This document shows, piece by piece, positions 43,591-53,045 of a DNA stretch of 64,000 nucleotides. Made by a program: the position numbers and the translations under genes. The notes beneath the pieces were generated by a model that was not told the DNA's origin, made no database searches, and worked only from the letters and a program-made list of their open reading frames with translations. Position 1 is the stretch's first letter; the number at the start of each line of letters is the position of its first letter. This DNA comes from Bacteroidia bacterium. Its GTDB lineage: Bacteria > Bacteroidota > Bacteroidia > NS11-12g > UBA9320. Location: positions 288,001-352,000 of the forward strand of contig CBDCFW010000005.1 of the NCBI GenBank assembly GCA_965216465.1, given 5' to 3'.

Positions 43591-43809
43591 AGTTTAATTT
43601 TTTAGAAGTCTGCGAAGTTAATAAATCAATAAATATCTTGCTAACTTTAGACTGGATTGATAACATAAATATCAATCTACTATGATTTAACTTAAAAGCA
43701 ACTGCTTTACTACCAATACAGCATCGCTTTACTTCCGTTCAGCAGACAAAAATTTGAAAGCAAATTTCAAATAAAGGCGTAATTTGCGGTACCCAATTTT
43801 GATCCAGCA

Positions 43810-45204
43810 TTGAAAAACAAGTATTCTGACTTAATCGATCAAACGTTTCAATATCCCACTGAGGAATTTCATACCAATAAAGATGGCGAATTGATGTACC
43901 GTGATATCCGCATGTTAGACTTGGTTGAAAAGTATGGCACTCCGTTTCGCTTTAGCTACTTACCTAAAATTTCCGAGAATATTCAAAAAGCGAAATTCTG
44001 GTTTGCAGATGCTTTTGCAGAGCACAACTACAATGGCGAATATCATTACTGTTACTGCACTAAAAGTTCGCATTATAAGTTTGTAATCAAAGAGGCACTT
44101 AAGAACAATGTTCATTTAGAAACTTCAGCGGCTTTCGATCTCGACCTAATCAAAAAACTATATGATGAAGGTGAGTTCACGAATCAAATCTACATCATTT
44201 GCAATGGTTTCAAAACCGAACTCTACTTGAAAAAGATTATTGAATTGGTAGAAATGGGGTTTGAGAATCTTCATGTGGTGCTGGACAATACACGAGAAAT
44301 TGATGCATTAATCGGCAAAACGAATAAAAAAATCAAGCTAGGAATTCGCATCGCTTCAGAAGAGGAACCAAAATTTGAATTTTATACTTCTCGACTCGGT
44401 ATTGGTTACAAAGACATCATCCCACTTTATGAGAAGAAGATTAAGGATGTACCCAACATGGAGCTTACCATGCTTCATTTCTTTATCAATACAGGAATAA
44501 AAGACACCGCATATTACTGGAACGAGCTACGAAAATGTTTGATCGTTTACGCTCAGCTCAAAAAGGTATGCGACAGCTTATCATCGTTGAATATTGGAGG
44601 AGGATTCCCCATAAAAAGAAGTCTAAATTTCAACTATGACTATGCTTATATGATTAAAGAAATTGTTGGTCAAATCAAACAAGAATGCACCGATAAGCAA
44701 GTTAAAGAGCCTCACATCTTTACAGAATTTGGAAGTTTTACCGTTGGCGAAAGCGGTGGAACGGTTTACAAAATTTTGGATCAAAAAAAACAAAATGATC
44801 GCGAGAAATGGAACATGATCGACGGTTCGTTTATGACAACATTACCCGACGCATGGGCGATTTCTGACCGCTTCATTCTTCTTCCTTTAAACCATTGGAA
44901 CAAAGAATATGAACGCGTTTTGTTGGGTGGATTAACATGTGACAGCGACGATTATTACAACAGCGAGCAGCATGTAAATGCCATTTATCTTCCAACTACA
45001 ACAAGCGACAAGCCTCTGTATATTGGTTTTTTTAATACCGGAGCTTATCAGGAAACGCTCGGAGGACAAGGAGGCCTTCAACACTGTTTAATTCCTTCTC
45101 CCAAAAAGATTTTGCTGCATAAAGATAAAAATGGAAACTTGGTAGATGAACTTTTCTGTGAACAACAATCTGCTGAAAGCATGATGAATATTTTAGGTTA
45201 TTGA
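43810..45204 (+). CDS. speA: Arginine decarboxylase (fold III PLP enzyme)
   Basis: YCYCTKSSH (PLP Lys), ICNGFK, NIGGG, LTCDSDD, GAYQE. Confidence 0.88.
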   Translation: MKNKYSDLIDQTFQYPTEEFHTNKDGELMYRDIRMLDLVEKYGTPFRFSYLPKISENIQKAKFWFADAFAEHNYNGEYHYCYCTKSSHYKFVIKEALKNNVHLETSAAFDLDLIKKLYDEGEFTNQIYIICNGFKTELYLKKIIELVEMGFENLHVVLDNTREIDALIGKTNKKIKLGIRIASEEEPKFEFYTSRLGIGYKDIIPLYEKKIKDVPNMELTMLHFFINTGIKDTAYYWNELRKCLIVYAQLKKVCDSLSSLNIGGGFPIKRSLNFNYDYAYMIKEIVGQIKQECTDKQVKEPHIFTEFGSFTVGESGGTVYKILDQKKQNDREKWNMIDGSFMTTLPDAWAISDRFILLPLNHWNKEYERVLLGGLTCDSDDYYNSEQHVNAIYLPTTTSDKPLYIGFFNTGAYQETLGGQGGLQHCLIPSPKKILLHKDKNGNLVDELFCEQQSAESMMNILGY

Positions 45205-45205
45205 G

Positions 45206-46171
45206 ATGAGTAATATTTCAGAATTTATAGATAAGTACTTTTTACATTTCAACGCAGCAAGTTTGGTTGATGCTGCAGACGAGTACAATAATCAATTGTC
45301 AAAAGGGAATAAGATGATGATCACTTTGGCTGGAGCAATGAGCACAGCTGAATTGGGTAAAATCTTAGCTGAAATGATAAGGCAAGATAAAGTGCACATT
45401 ATCAGCTGCACCGGTGCAAATCTTGAAGAAGATGTGATGAATTTAGTAGCACATGACCATTACGAACGTATTCCAAACTATCGAGATTTGACTCCTGAAG
45501 ATGAACAAGCATTGCTTGACCGTCATTTGAACCGAGTTACTGACACTTGCATTCCGGAAGAGGAAGCATTTAGAAGAATTCAAGGAAACATTTTTCGTTT
45601 TTGGAAGGCTGCCGAAACTGATGGGAAACGTTTTTTACCGCACGAATACTTGTATCAAATGTTACTTGATGGTTGCTTAGAAGAACACTATCAAATTGAC
45701 CCAAAAGACAGTTGGCTTTTAGCTGCTGCAGAAAAAAATTTGCCTATTGTCGTTCCTGGCTGGGAAGACAGCACGCTCGGAAATATTTTTGCTGGATACT
45801 GCATTAAACAGGAACTAAATCCAAGTACCATGAAATCAGGTATTGAATATATGACCTACCTTGCTGATTGGTATATTCAGACCTCCAAATCGAGTAAAAT
45901 TGGCTTTTTTCAGATTGGTGGAGGAATAGCTGGGGACTTTCCGATCTGCGTAGTTCCTATGCTCGAACAAGACCTCGAAATACCAACTGAACTTTGGAGC
46001 TATTTCTGTCAAATCTCAGACAGTACAACCAGTTACGGTTCGTATTCAGGAGCTGTTCCGAATGAAAAAATCACCTGGGGCAAGCTTGCAATTGATACCC
46101 CAAAATATATAATCGAAAGTGATGCAACCATTGTTGCTCCTCTAATATTTGCAAAAGTATTGGGTTGGTAA
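45206..46171 (+). CDS. Deoxyhypusine synthase-like protein (probable polyamine/homospermidine synthesis)
   Basis: TGANLEED, NRVTD, GGG, GSYSGA.PNEKITWGK. Confidence 0.92.
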   Translation: MSNISEFIDKYFLHFNAASLVDAADEYNNQLSKGNKMMITLAGAMSTAELGKILAEMIRQDKVHIISCTGANLEEDVMNLVAHDHYERIPNYRDLTPEDEQALLDRHLNRVTDTCIPEEEAFRRIQGNIFRFWKAAETDGKRFLPHEYLYQMLLDGCLEEHYQIDPKDSWLLAAAEKNLPIVVPGWEDSTLGNIFAGYCIKQELNPSTMKSGIEYMTYLADWYIQTSKSSKIGFFQIGGGIAGDFPICVVPMLEQDLEIPTELWSYFCQISDSTTSYGSYSGAVPNEKITWGKLAIDTPKYIIESDATIVAPLIFAKVLGW

Positions 46172-47077
46172 CTAGAGCTCTGCGTTCAACGTATTAATCA
46201 TCAGCCGAACTTGACTCAATCGCGATTGATTGTTTTCTTTCTCGTATGAAGTCTCTAAATTTTTCAGAATTCTGCGAATGATGCTTTGATTGCTGCACGC
46301 TTTAAAATATTCATCCTTAGGTTCTAGATTTAGTTGCTTTAGAAACTTATAGATGTTGTCTTTGTTAAAGATAAGACCATTATTGAATGGGTTGATGTAG
46401 AACATTACATCGCTTCCGGCTTCATCTCTTAAAATAGAATCATCGTTAAACTTCTTTAGCGGTTGCCATTCCAAATCTTTAATATATCCCAACACAAAAT
46501 GCTGTGGAAGGTTTACGCCATAAACCGGAATATTCAGACGTTGTGCAACAATTGAATAGATGATTGCCAAAGAGATTGGGTTTCCTTTTTTTCTTTCAAG
46601 CACCGAGCTAATAAAGGAGTTGCTACTTTGGTGGTAGTTATCTGTATCGCCTCTGAATTTGTGAACATCGAAAATGATATGATTTAGTATTTTGACCTTT
46701 TCAAAAGACGTGAGCTCGTAGTTTAATTCGAGCCAAGCATCCAGCTTTATTTTATCGAGTTTATTTTCAATAACTTGTTTATCGATGCTTGGGTTAATCA
46801 TCTTTTCGATGATTATAACGCCATCAAGCAAATCTTTATCTTCCGAATTAAGCCAGAGTTTTAGATCTCGAACAACAGTTTGTTGCGAGATGTTCTTAAT
46901 GATTTCGATGATTTTTTCCTGCCTTTTGGTATTCTGTTCGTCAGGCCAGGTTTTCTCAAGAAAAGGGATAATCTCTTCACCCAAGGCAAAAAGCTTTTCT
47001 TCGATGTGTTCTATAACCCGCTCATCATTGTCGTCGAGCAGGTACAGCATCGACTTTATTTCCTTTTCATTAATCAT
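46172..47077 (-). CDS. SirB1-like / transglutaminase-like domain protein
   Basis: LLDD...; VLERKKGNPISLAIIY..VAQRL, GVNLPQHF, YINPFN. Confidence 0.85.
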   Translation of the reverse strand: MINEKEIKSMLYLLDDNDERVIEHIEEKLFALGEEIIPFLEKTWPDEQNTKRQEKIIEIIKNISQQTVVRDLKLWLNSEDKDLLDGVIIIEKMINPSIDKQVIENKLDKIKLDAWLELNYELTSFEKVKILNHIIFDVHKFRGDTDNYHQSSNSFISSVLERKKGNPISLAIIYSIVAQRLNIPVYGVNLPQHFVLGYIKDLEWQPLKKFNDDSILRDEAGSDVMFYINPFNNGLIFNKDNIYKFLKQLNLEPKDEYFKACSNQSIIRRILKNLETSYEKENNQSRLSQVRLMINTLNAEL

Positions 47078-47139
47078 TTCGTCTTATCAAATATAGAGAA
47101 CGAAATGAAAATCGGTAATTTTTTTTGAAAGCGGGTGAA

Positions 47140-49437
47140 TTACTTTTTCTTTCCTCGCTTAGTAGGCTGATTTGCCATTATTTCCTTCACCTCTTCATAG
47201 GTAAGTTCTGCTGGCTCTTTGTCTTTTGGAATTTTAAAATTCTTTCTTCCAGACTTAATGTACGGACCGTAGCGACCGTTCAAGACTTGGGTTTTATCGT
47301 CTTCTTCAAACTCCTTAATAATTCGGTTTGCATCGGCAGCTCTCTTTTCCAAAATTAGCTCAACTGCTCTATCCAATGTGATTGACATCACATCCTCTTC
47401 CTTTGGAATCGAAGCAAAAAGTCGATTGTGCTGAACATAAGGACCAAATCTTCCAACGTTGGCCTTAACTTCAACATCCTCAAATGTCCCTAAAATACGA
47501 GGAAGCTTAAATAGCTCCAATGCCACTTGGAGTGTAATTGAATCAAGTGTATGTCCTTTAGGAATACCCGCAAACTTTGGTTTTTCTTCGCTGTCTGCTT
47601 CACCAATTTGAACCATTGGACCAAACCTTCCGATTCTGGCGACAACTCTTTGACCGGTTTTAGGATCAACTCCTAATTCTCGTTCACCGGTTGCTCTTTC
47701 TGCAGTTTCTAGGGTTTTTTCAACTTCCTTGCTAAAAGGCTTATAGAAGGTATCGATCATTTCAGACCAATTTTTCATGCCTTCGGCAATTTCATCAAAT
47801 TCTTTTTCTACAGATGCCGTAAACCCATAATCCATTATATCGCCAAAATGTTCGATTAAGAATTCGGTTACCACTCTACCAATATCGCTAGGATGCATTT
47901 TATTCTTATCGGCTCCTGAAACCTCTGTTTCAGTTTTCGATGAGATTGCTCCATCTTTCAAAGTAAAAATCTCGTATGTACGTTTTACTCCTTCAATTGG
48001 ATCTTTTACCACGTATCCTCTTTTCTGAATAGTTGAAATAGTAGGGGCATACGTACTCGGTCTTCCTATTCCTAACTCTTCGAGACGCTTAACTAAACTT
48101 GCCTCTGTAAATCGAGCTGGTGGACGCGTGTATCGTTGGGTAGCGGTAATTGAATTGACGTCTAATGTCTCTCCTTCATTTACTTTTGGTAAAATCCCAC
48201 TGTCTTCTTCTACGTTTTCGTCGTCAGTTCCTTCCAAGTATACTTTCAAGAATCCATCGAATTTGATAACCTCTCCTTTTGCTTTGAAGAGCTGATCATT
48301 CTTGTCGTTCTCGATATCAATGGTTGTTCTTTCTAACTCTGCAGAACTCATTTGAGAAGCTATAGCTCGCTTCCAAATTAAGTTATACAAACGCTGTTGC
48401 GCTTCATCAGCTCCCGCGTTTTTGGCTGCAAATGAAGTAGGACGTATAGCCTCGTGAGCCTCTTGTGCTCCGCTCGATTTAGTGGTATACTTTCTTACTT
48501 GAGAATATTCAGCACCATACTCTTTTTCAATTTCTTCTTTGGCAGTGGAGATGGCAAAATCACTTAAATTTACGGAGTCCGTTCTCATATAAGTAATATG
48601 TCCGTTCTCATATAAACGTTGAGCCAAAGACATGGTACGAGCCACACCATAACCAAGTTTTCTACTCGCCTCTTGTTGAAGCGTAGATGTTGTAAACGGT
48701 GCAGATGGATTTCTTTTTGCTGGAGAAACGCTCACCTTAGCTACACGGAACTTTGCTCCTATACAGCTTTCTAAATAAGCAGATACCTCGTCAGAAGTTT
48801 CAGGGCGTTTAGCTAAATCTGCCTTTATTTTTTTACCTGATGAAGTGAACTCAGCTTGTACACGAAATGCAGATGTAGGAACAAAAGCTTTAATCTCTTG
48901 CTCGCGTTCTACGATTAGTCGAACCGCCACACTTTGCACGCGACCTGCACTTAACGAAGGTTTAACCTTTCTCCATAAAACAGGAGATAGTTGGAAACCA
49001 ACTAAGCGGTCTAAAATTCTTCTAGCTTGCTGTGCGTTAACAAGATCTTCATTAATGCTTCGCGGATTCTCAATAGCATTTAAGATTGCCGTTTTCGTAA
49101 TCTCGTGAAAAACAATACGTTTTGTATTTGATGGCTTAAGGTCTAAAACCTCAGCCAAGTGCCATGAAATAGCTTCTCCTTCACGGTCCTCATCCGAAGC
49201 CAACCACACTGTTTCTGCAGTTTTAGCAAGTTTCTTAAGTTCCGAAACTACTTTCTTTTTGTCGGTAGATACAATGTATTTTGGTAAGTACCCTTTGGCA
49301 ATATCAATTGCTTCATCGCCTTTAGGTAAGTCTCTAATATGACCAAAGCAAGATTTAACGGTAAAATCTTCGCCTAAGTATTTCTCAATGGTTTTTGCTT
49401 TTGCAGGTGACTCTACTATTACGAGGTTTTTCGACAT
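47140..49437 (-). CDS. topA: DNA topoisomerase I
   Basis: LVIVESPAKAKTI, DEDREGE, SAGRVQS, ITYMRTD, C-terminal GRFGPY repeats. Confidence 0.99.
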   Translation of the reverse strand: MSKNLVIVESPAKAKTIEKYLGEDFTVKSCFGHIRDLPKGDEAIDIAKGYLPKYIVSTDKKKVVSELKKLAKTAETVWLASDEDREGEAISWHLAEVLDLKPSNTKRIVFHEITKTAILNAIENPRSINEDLVNAQQARRILDRLVGFQLSPVLWRKVKPSLSAGRVQSVAVRLIVEREQEIKAFVPTSAFRVQAEFTSSGKKIKADLAKRPETSDEVSAYLESCIGAKFRVAKVSVSPAKRNPSAPFTTSTLQQEASRKLGYGVARTMSLAQRLYENGHITYMRTDSVNLSDFAISTAKEEIEKEYGAEYSQVRKYTTKSSGAQEAHEAIRPTSFAAKNAGADEAQQRLYNLIWKRAIASQMSSAELERTTIDIENDKNDQLFKAKGEVIKFDGFLKVYLEGTDDENVEEDSGILPKVNEGETLDVNSITATQRYTRPPARFTEASLVKRLEELGIGRPSTYAPTISTIQKRGYVVKDPIEGVKRTYEIFTLKDGAISSKTETEVSGADKNKMHPSDIGRVVTEFLIEHFGDIMDYGFTASVEKEFDEIAEGMKNWSEMIDTFYKPFSKEVEKTLETAERATGERELGVDPKTGQRVVARIGRFGPMVQIGEADSEEKPKFAGIPKGHTLDSITLQVALELFKLPRILGTFEDVEVKANVGRFGPYVQHNRLFASIPKEEDVMSITLDRAVELILEKRAADANRIIKEFEEDDKTQVLNGRYGPYIKSGRKNFKIPKDKEPAELTYEEVKEIMANQPTKRGKKK

Positions 49438-49439
49438 CC

Positions 49440-51512
49440 TTATCTGTTTATAACCAGCTTCTTAGTCCATCTTTCACCTTCGGTTTCAATACGCACGGTG
49501 TACATGCCATTTGGTAAACTTGAGGTGTTAATGTTACGCTGATTCTGATTCAAATTTTGCTGCAAAAGTAATCGACCTGTAATATCTACAATAGAAACTT
49601 TAAAACTTGAATGATTTTCAGATAGGTTTATTGTCACTTGGTCTTGTGCTGGATTTGGAACCAAATTAAGATCAAGATCACCTTCATAGGAAGGAACTGA
49701 AAGTCCATAAGACCCAATATTTATGTCATCTAAAAAGATTGAATTTCCGCTTTGACTAACAGCTGTGAATTTTACAATAAGGTTGTCATTGTCGTCAAAA
49801 CGTGAAAGATCAATTTCTTTATATACCCAATCACTTTGTGAAGTTGGAATCCACCCTGGTCGAATTTCTCCATCGCCTAAGCCATTGTTGGCATGAAAAC
49901 CATTCACTATTCTCCACGATTCACCACAGTCTTCAGAAACATAAGCTAAAAGCGTTTCAGTGAAGTCTTCGTAACGAGGAGAGTATGCCGCCTTAAAACT
50001 TAATTTAAGAGGGCCTTCATGGTTGGTCAAATCAACAGGAGGTAGAATTAAATCATATCTCGCCATGAAAATTCCAAATTGATTGACTTTGGCCTCTAAG
50101 CATTCATTACCCGAATATCCAACAGCGGTCGTACGTCTCCATCCCCAATCGATATGTTTCTCCATGGTCCAGTCTTGAATATCTTCAAGGTCTGCAAAAT
50201 CAGTTCCGTAAGGAGCATCCAACTCAGCAGCCTCAGGCAATACTGTGATCATTGCAGTTCGTTTTAACGATGTTGTGCCAAGAGCATTAGACACTTCAAG
50301 TTCAACTTCATAAGTTCCTGGAGTGTTATAAACTACAGTTGGATTTTCGTACGTAGACTCTAAAGGACTTCCTCCTTGAAATTTCCACGTGCGGTCATCA
50401 ACTTCTCCATTATACGTATAGTCAATAAACTTTAATGCTTCACCAGCACAAATGGTAATTCTACCACTCTCTGTCCAAAAGTCAGCTTGAGGACCACAAT
50501 TAGGAGATGTGTTTACTCCAGTAGCCACAATATTATTGGGCTCAATATTTCTTCCTCTTAAATTACTATTCGCTAAAAATGCATCAACTCTAGCCTTCTG
50601 ACCTTTGGTAAACATATTCATACATGCATCATCTGAGTAATCCATGTAATTTTCGATATTATCTATTTCATTAGGAGAATCATTCCCGCAGGTGTTTGCA
50701 CCTTTAGTACATCCTCTAGAAGCTTCAGCAACAGGAGGAGTATCATCAACTCTATCTGTCCAATTCTTTACTGTTGTGCAACCACCTTGAAAAGTATGGT
50801 ATAAACCTAACCAGTGTCCAATCTCGTGGGTTAACGTTCTTCCTGTTTGGTTGGATGTTCCAATCGTTCCTACTTCATCAGAGCGGATTACAATTCCATC
50901 GCGAGAGCTTGCATTATTATCTCCTGGGAATACCGCATAACCTAAAATTCTTGTTCCGGTATTCAAATCTCCATCGTCGATAGTATTAACCACCCAGATA
51001 TTTAAATACTTTCTGTAATCCCACATCACAACTGATTTACACCAGTCGTATCCATCAGGTTCATCGGTTAAATGTGAATAGTGGCGGGTTATTCCCTCCG
51101 TGCATGACCCGTCTGGAGCCACACGAGCAAGCTTAAATTCTAATTCAAAGTTTGCTGCACGATCTTTAAAAACTGCTGGTGTATTTACCGTATCTGCATT
51201 TAGACGTTGAAAGTCTTCATTCAATACACGAATTTGGTCTTCGATTTGTTCTTTGGTAATATTTTCTTCACCATATTGGTGAATAACATGAAACACTACA
51301 GGAATGGTTCGAATTGCCTTTTTATTCTTGTAATCATAACTTTCTTGAAACTCAAAATCAACTTGGCTGTCGATGAAGTCGGCAAAAGTTTCACCTTCAT
51401 TTAGGAAATCGTTTAAAGACATTTGAGCACGTTCGTCGGTACCACACTGGGCGTATGATGACAAGCTTGAAATTGCTAAAATGCTGAGGACTAAGTATTT
51501 AAATATATTCAT
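49440..51512 (-). CDS. M43 (pappalysin/ulilysin-like) zinc metalloprotease with PKD and T9SS CTD
   Basis: CGTD cysteine switch, HEIGHWLGLYH, NYMDY Met-turn, CTD PNPA...GMY...KKLVI. Confidence 0.93.
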   Translation of the reverse strand: MNIFKYLVLSILAISSLSSYAQCGTDERAQMSLNDFLNEGETFADFIDSQVDFEFQESYDYKNKKAIRTIPVVFHVIHQYGEENITKEQIEDQIRVLNEDFQRLNADTVNTPAVFKDRAANFELEFKLARVAPDGSCTEGITRHYSHLTDEPDGYDWCKSVVMWDYRKYLNIWVVNTIDDGDLNTGTRILGYAVFPGDNNASSRDGIVIRSDEVGTIGTSNQTGRTLTHEIGHWLGLYHTFQGGCTTVKNWTDRVDDTPPVAEASRGCTKGANTCGNDSPNEIDNIENYMDYSDDACMNMFTKGQKARVDAFLANSNLRGRNIEPNNIVATGVNTSPNCGPQADFWTESGRITICAGEALKFIDYTYNGEVDDRTWKFQGGSPLESTYENPTVVYNTPGTYEVELEVSNALGTTSLKRTAMITVLPEAAELDAPYGTDFADLEDIQDWTMEKHIDWGWRRTTAVGYSGNECLEAKVNQFGIFMARYDLILPPVDLTNHEGPLKLSFKAAYSPRYEDFTETLLAYVSEDCGESWRIVNGFHANNGLGDGEIRPGWIPTSQSDWVYKEIDLSRFDDNDNLIVKFTAVSQSGNSIFLDDINIGSYGLSVPSYEGDLDLNLVPNPAQDQVTINLSENHSSFKVSIVDITGRLLLQQNLNQNQRNINTSSLPNGMYTVRIETEGERWTKKLVINR

Positions 51513-51604
51513 GTTAAACGTAGTGCAAATAGAACTAAAAAAGTGATTTAATGGTTCATTATCATTGACATTTTAAAGTAATGTTTGATTCCATTTGAGT
51601 TGAA

Positions 51605-53005
51605 TTAGTCGGCTACTTTTTCTGAAGAAGCAATTATCGAAGAAACAGTGGCATCACCTGTAACATTTACCACTGTTCTGCACATGTCTAATATTCTGTC
51701 GACGGGTAAAATGATGGCAATCCATGCTGGATTAAGGCCAACACTTTCTAATACCACAATCATCAACACAAGACCTGCACTAGGTACAGCAGCCGCTCCA
51801 ATTGACGCCAAAGTAGCGGTCAATACAATAATTATCTGTTGTGTTATATCCAGATCAATCATATGAAATTGAGCCATAGCCACAACAGCGATTCCTTGGT
51901 ATAGACTTGTTCCATCCATATTTACTGTAGCCCCAATGGGCAACACAAAACTTGAAATGGATTTAGGCACCTTCAACTCTTCATGAACACAATCCATTGT
52001 TACCGGAAGTGTTGCCATTGAAGACGAAGTTGAAAATGCGGTAAGTTGAGCTTGACTAATTCCTTTTAAGAAGTTTTTAGGGCTAATCTTTTTAACAAAT
52101 AGTTTGATTAAGGTCGGATAAAAGAGAAAAGCAACAACAGCCAACGCCAATACCACAACAATTGAGTACGCTCCTAAGAAGTACAGTTGTTCCATGAGTT
52201 TATCCAGATTCTTTCCAGCGGCCTCCACTAGGCTACCAGCCATAAGCATAAATACAAAGAATGGCATACTTTTAATCACGATGTTAACCATGGTTATAAA
52301 CACCTCATTCAAGCCCGTCATTAAGTTGTTTACCGGCTCGGCATGCTTTTTCTCAATCATTAAAAGCACCAATCCAAAGAATATCGAGAAGAAGATGATT
52401 TGCAACATCTCCATTTCTGCCAGAGCAACAATTATGTTTTTGGGAATAACATCTACTAAGGGTGCCAACGGACCTTTATTCTTTTGAGCTCGAGCTTTCT
52501 CTATTTTATCTTGAACCTCTTCGTTAACCCCTTCTTGCAGTACCCTCGCTTTGACCTCATCCACTAAATCGTTGTATTGTGGGTCTGTAAGCAGGCTTTT
52601 TTCATCTAGTCGTGGTACATCTTCATTTTGAGCCAACCACAACTCATATTCAATACGTTTCTCAATCCGTGAGTCTTCTGAAGGATAGGTACCTGGCTGC
52701 AAAAGATTTACAAGCAAAAGCCCTAAAAGAATTGCACTCATAGTAGTTCCAACATAGATAAGTAGCGTTTTTACCCCGACACGCCCCAATTGCTTTATGT
52801 TCTTAAGCGAGCCAATACCTGTGATGATTGAAAACATAACCAATGGCACAGCAATCAGCTTAAGAATATTGATAAATATATCGCCAAATGGGCTGATGTA
52901 TGACTTGGTAAATTCGAGCCAACCTTGATCAACTGCTATAACCGCATATACTATTCCTAAGATCAAGGCGATGATCACTTGCCAATGAAGTGCAATTTTT
53001 TTCAT
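51605..53005 (-). CDS. Dicarboxylate/amino acid:cation symporter (DAACS, GltP-like)
   Basis: AFSTSSSMATLP, GATVNMDGT, DRILDMCRTVVNVTGD. Confidence 0.96.
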   Translation of the reverse strand: MKKIALHWQVIIALILGIVYAVIAVDQGWLEFTKSYISPFGDIFINILKLIAVPLVMFSIITGIGSLKNIKQLGRVGVKTLLIYVGTTMSAILLGLLLVNLLQPGTYPSEDSRIEKRIEYELWLAQNEDVPRLDEKSLLTDPQYNDLVDEVKARVLQEGVNEEVQDKIEKARAQKNKGPLAPLVDVIPKNIIVALAEMEMLQIIFFSIFFGLVLLMIEKKHAEPVNNLMTGLNEVFITMVNIVIKSMPFFVFMLMAGSLVEAAGKNLDKLMEQLYFLGAYSIVVVLALAVVAFLFYPTLIKLFVKKISPKNFLKGISQAQLTAFSTSSSMATLPVTMDCVHEELKVPKSISSFVLPIGATVNMDGTSLYQGIAVVAMAQFHMIDLDITQQIIIVLTATLASIGAAAVPSAGLVLMIVVLESVGLNPAWIAIILPVDRILDMCRTVVNVTGDATVSSIIASSEKVAD

Positions 53006-53045
53006 GGCTTCAATGTTATGAAAAATTAATTAGAAAGGTAGAACC

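Noticed and set aside
43472-43675. 67-aa ORF over the uvrA 5' end, suggesting a frameshifted uvrA start
   Set aside because: The conserved UvrA N-terminus is already in frame with the main ORF, so no frameshift is needed.
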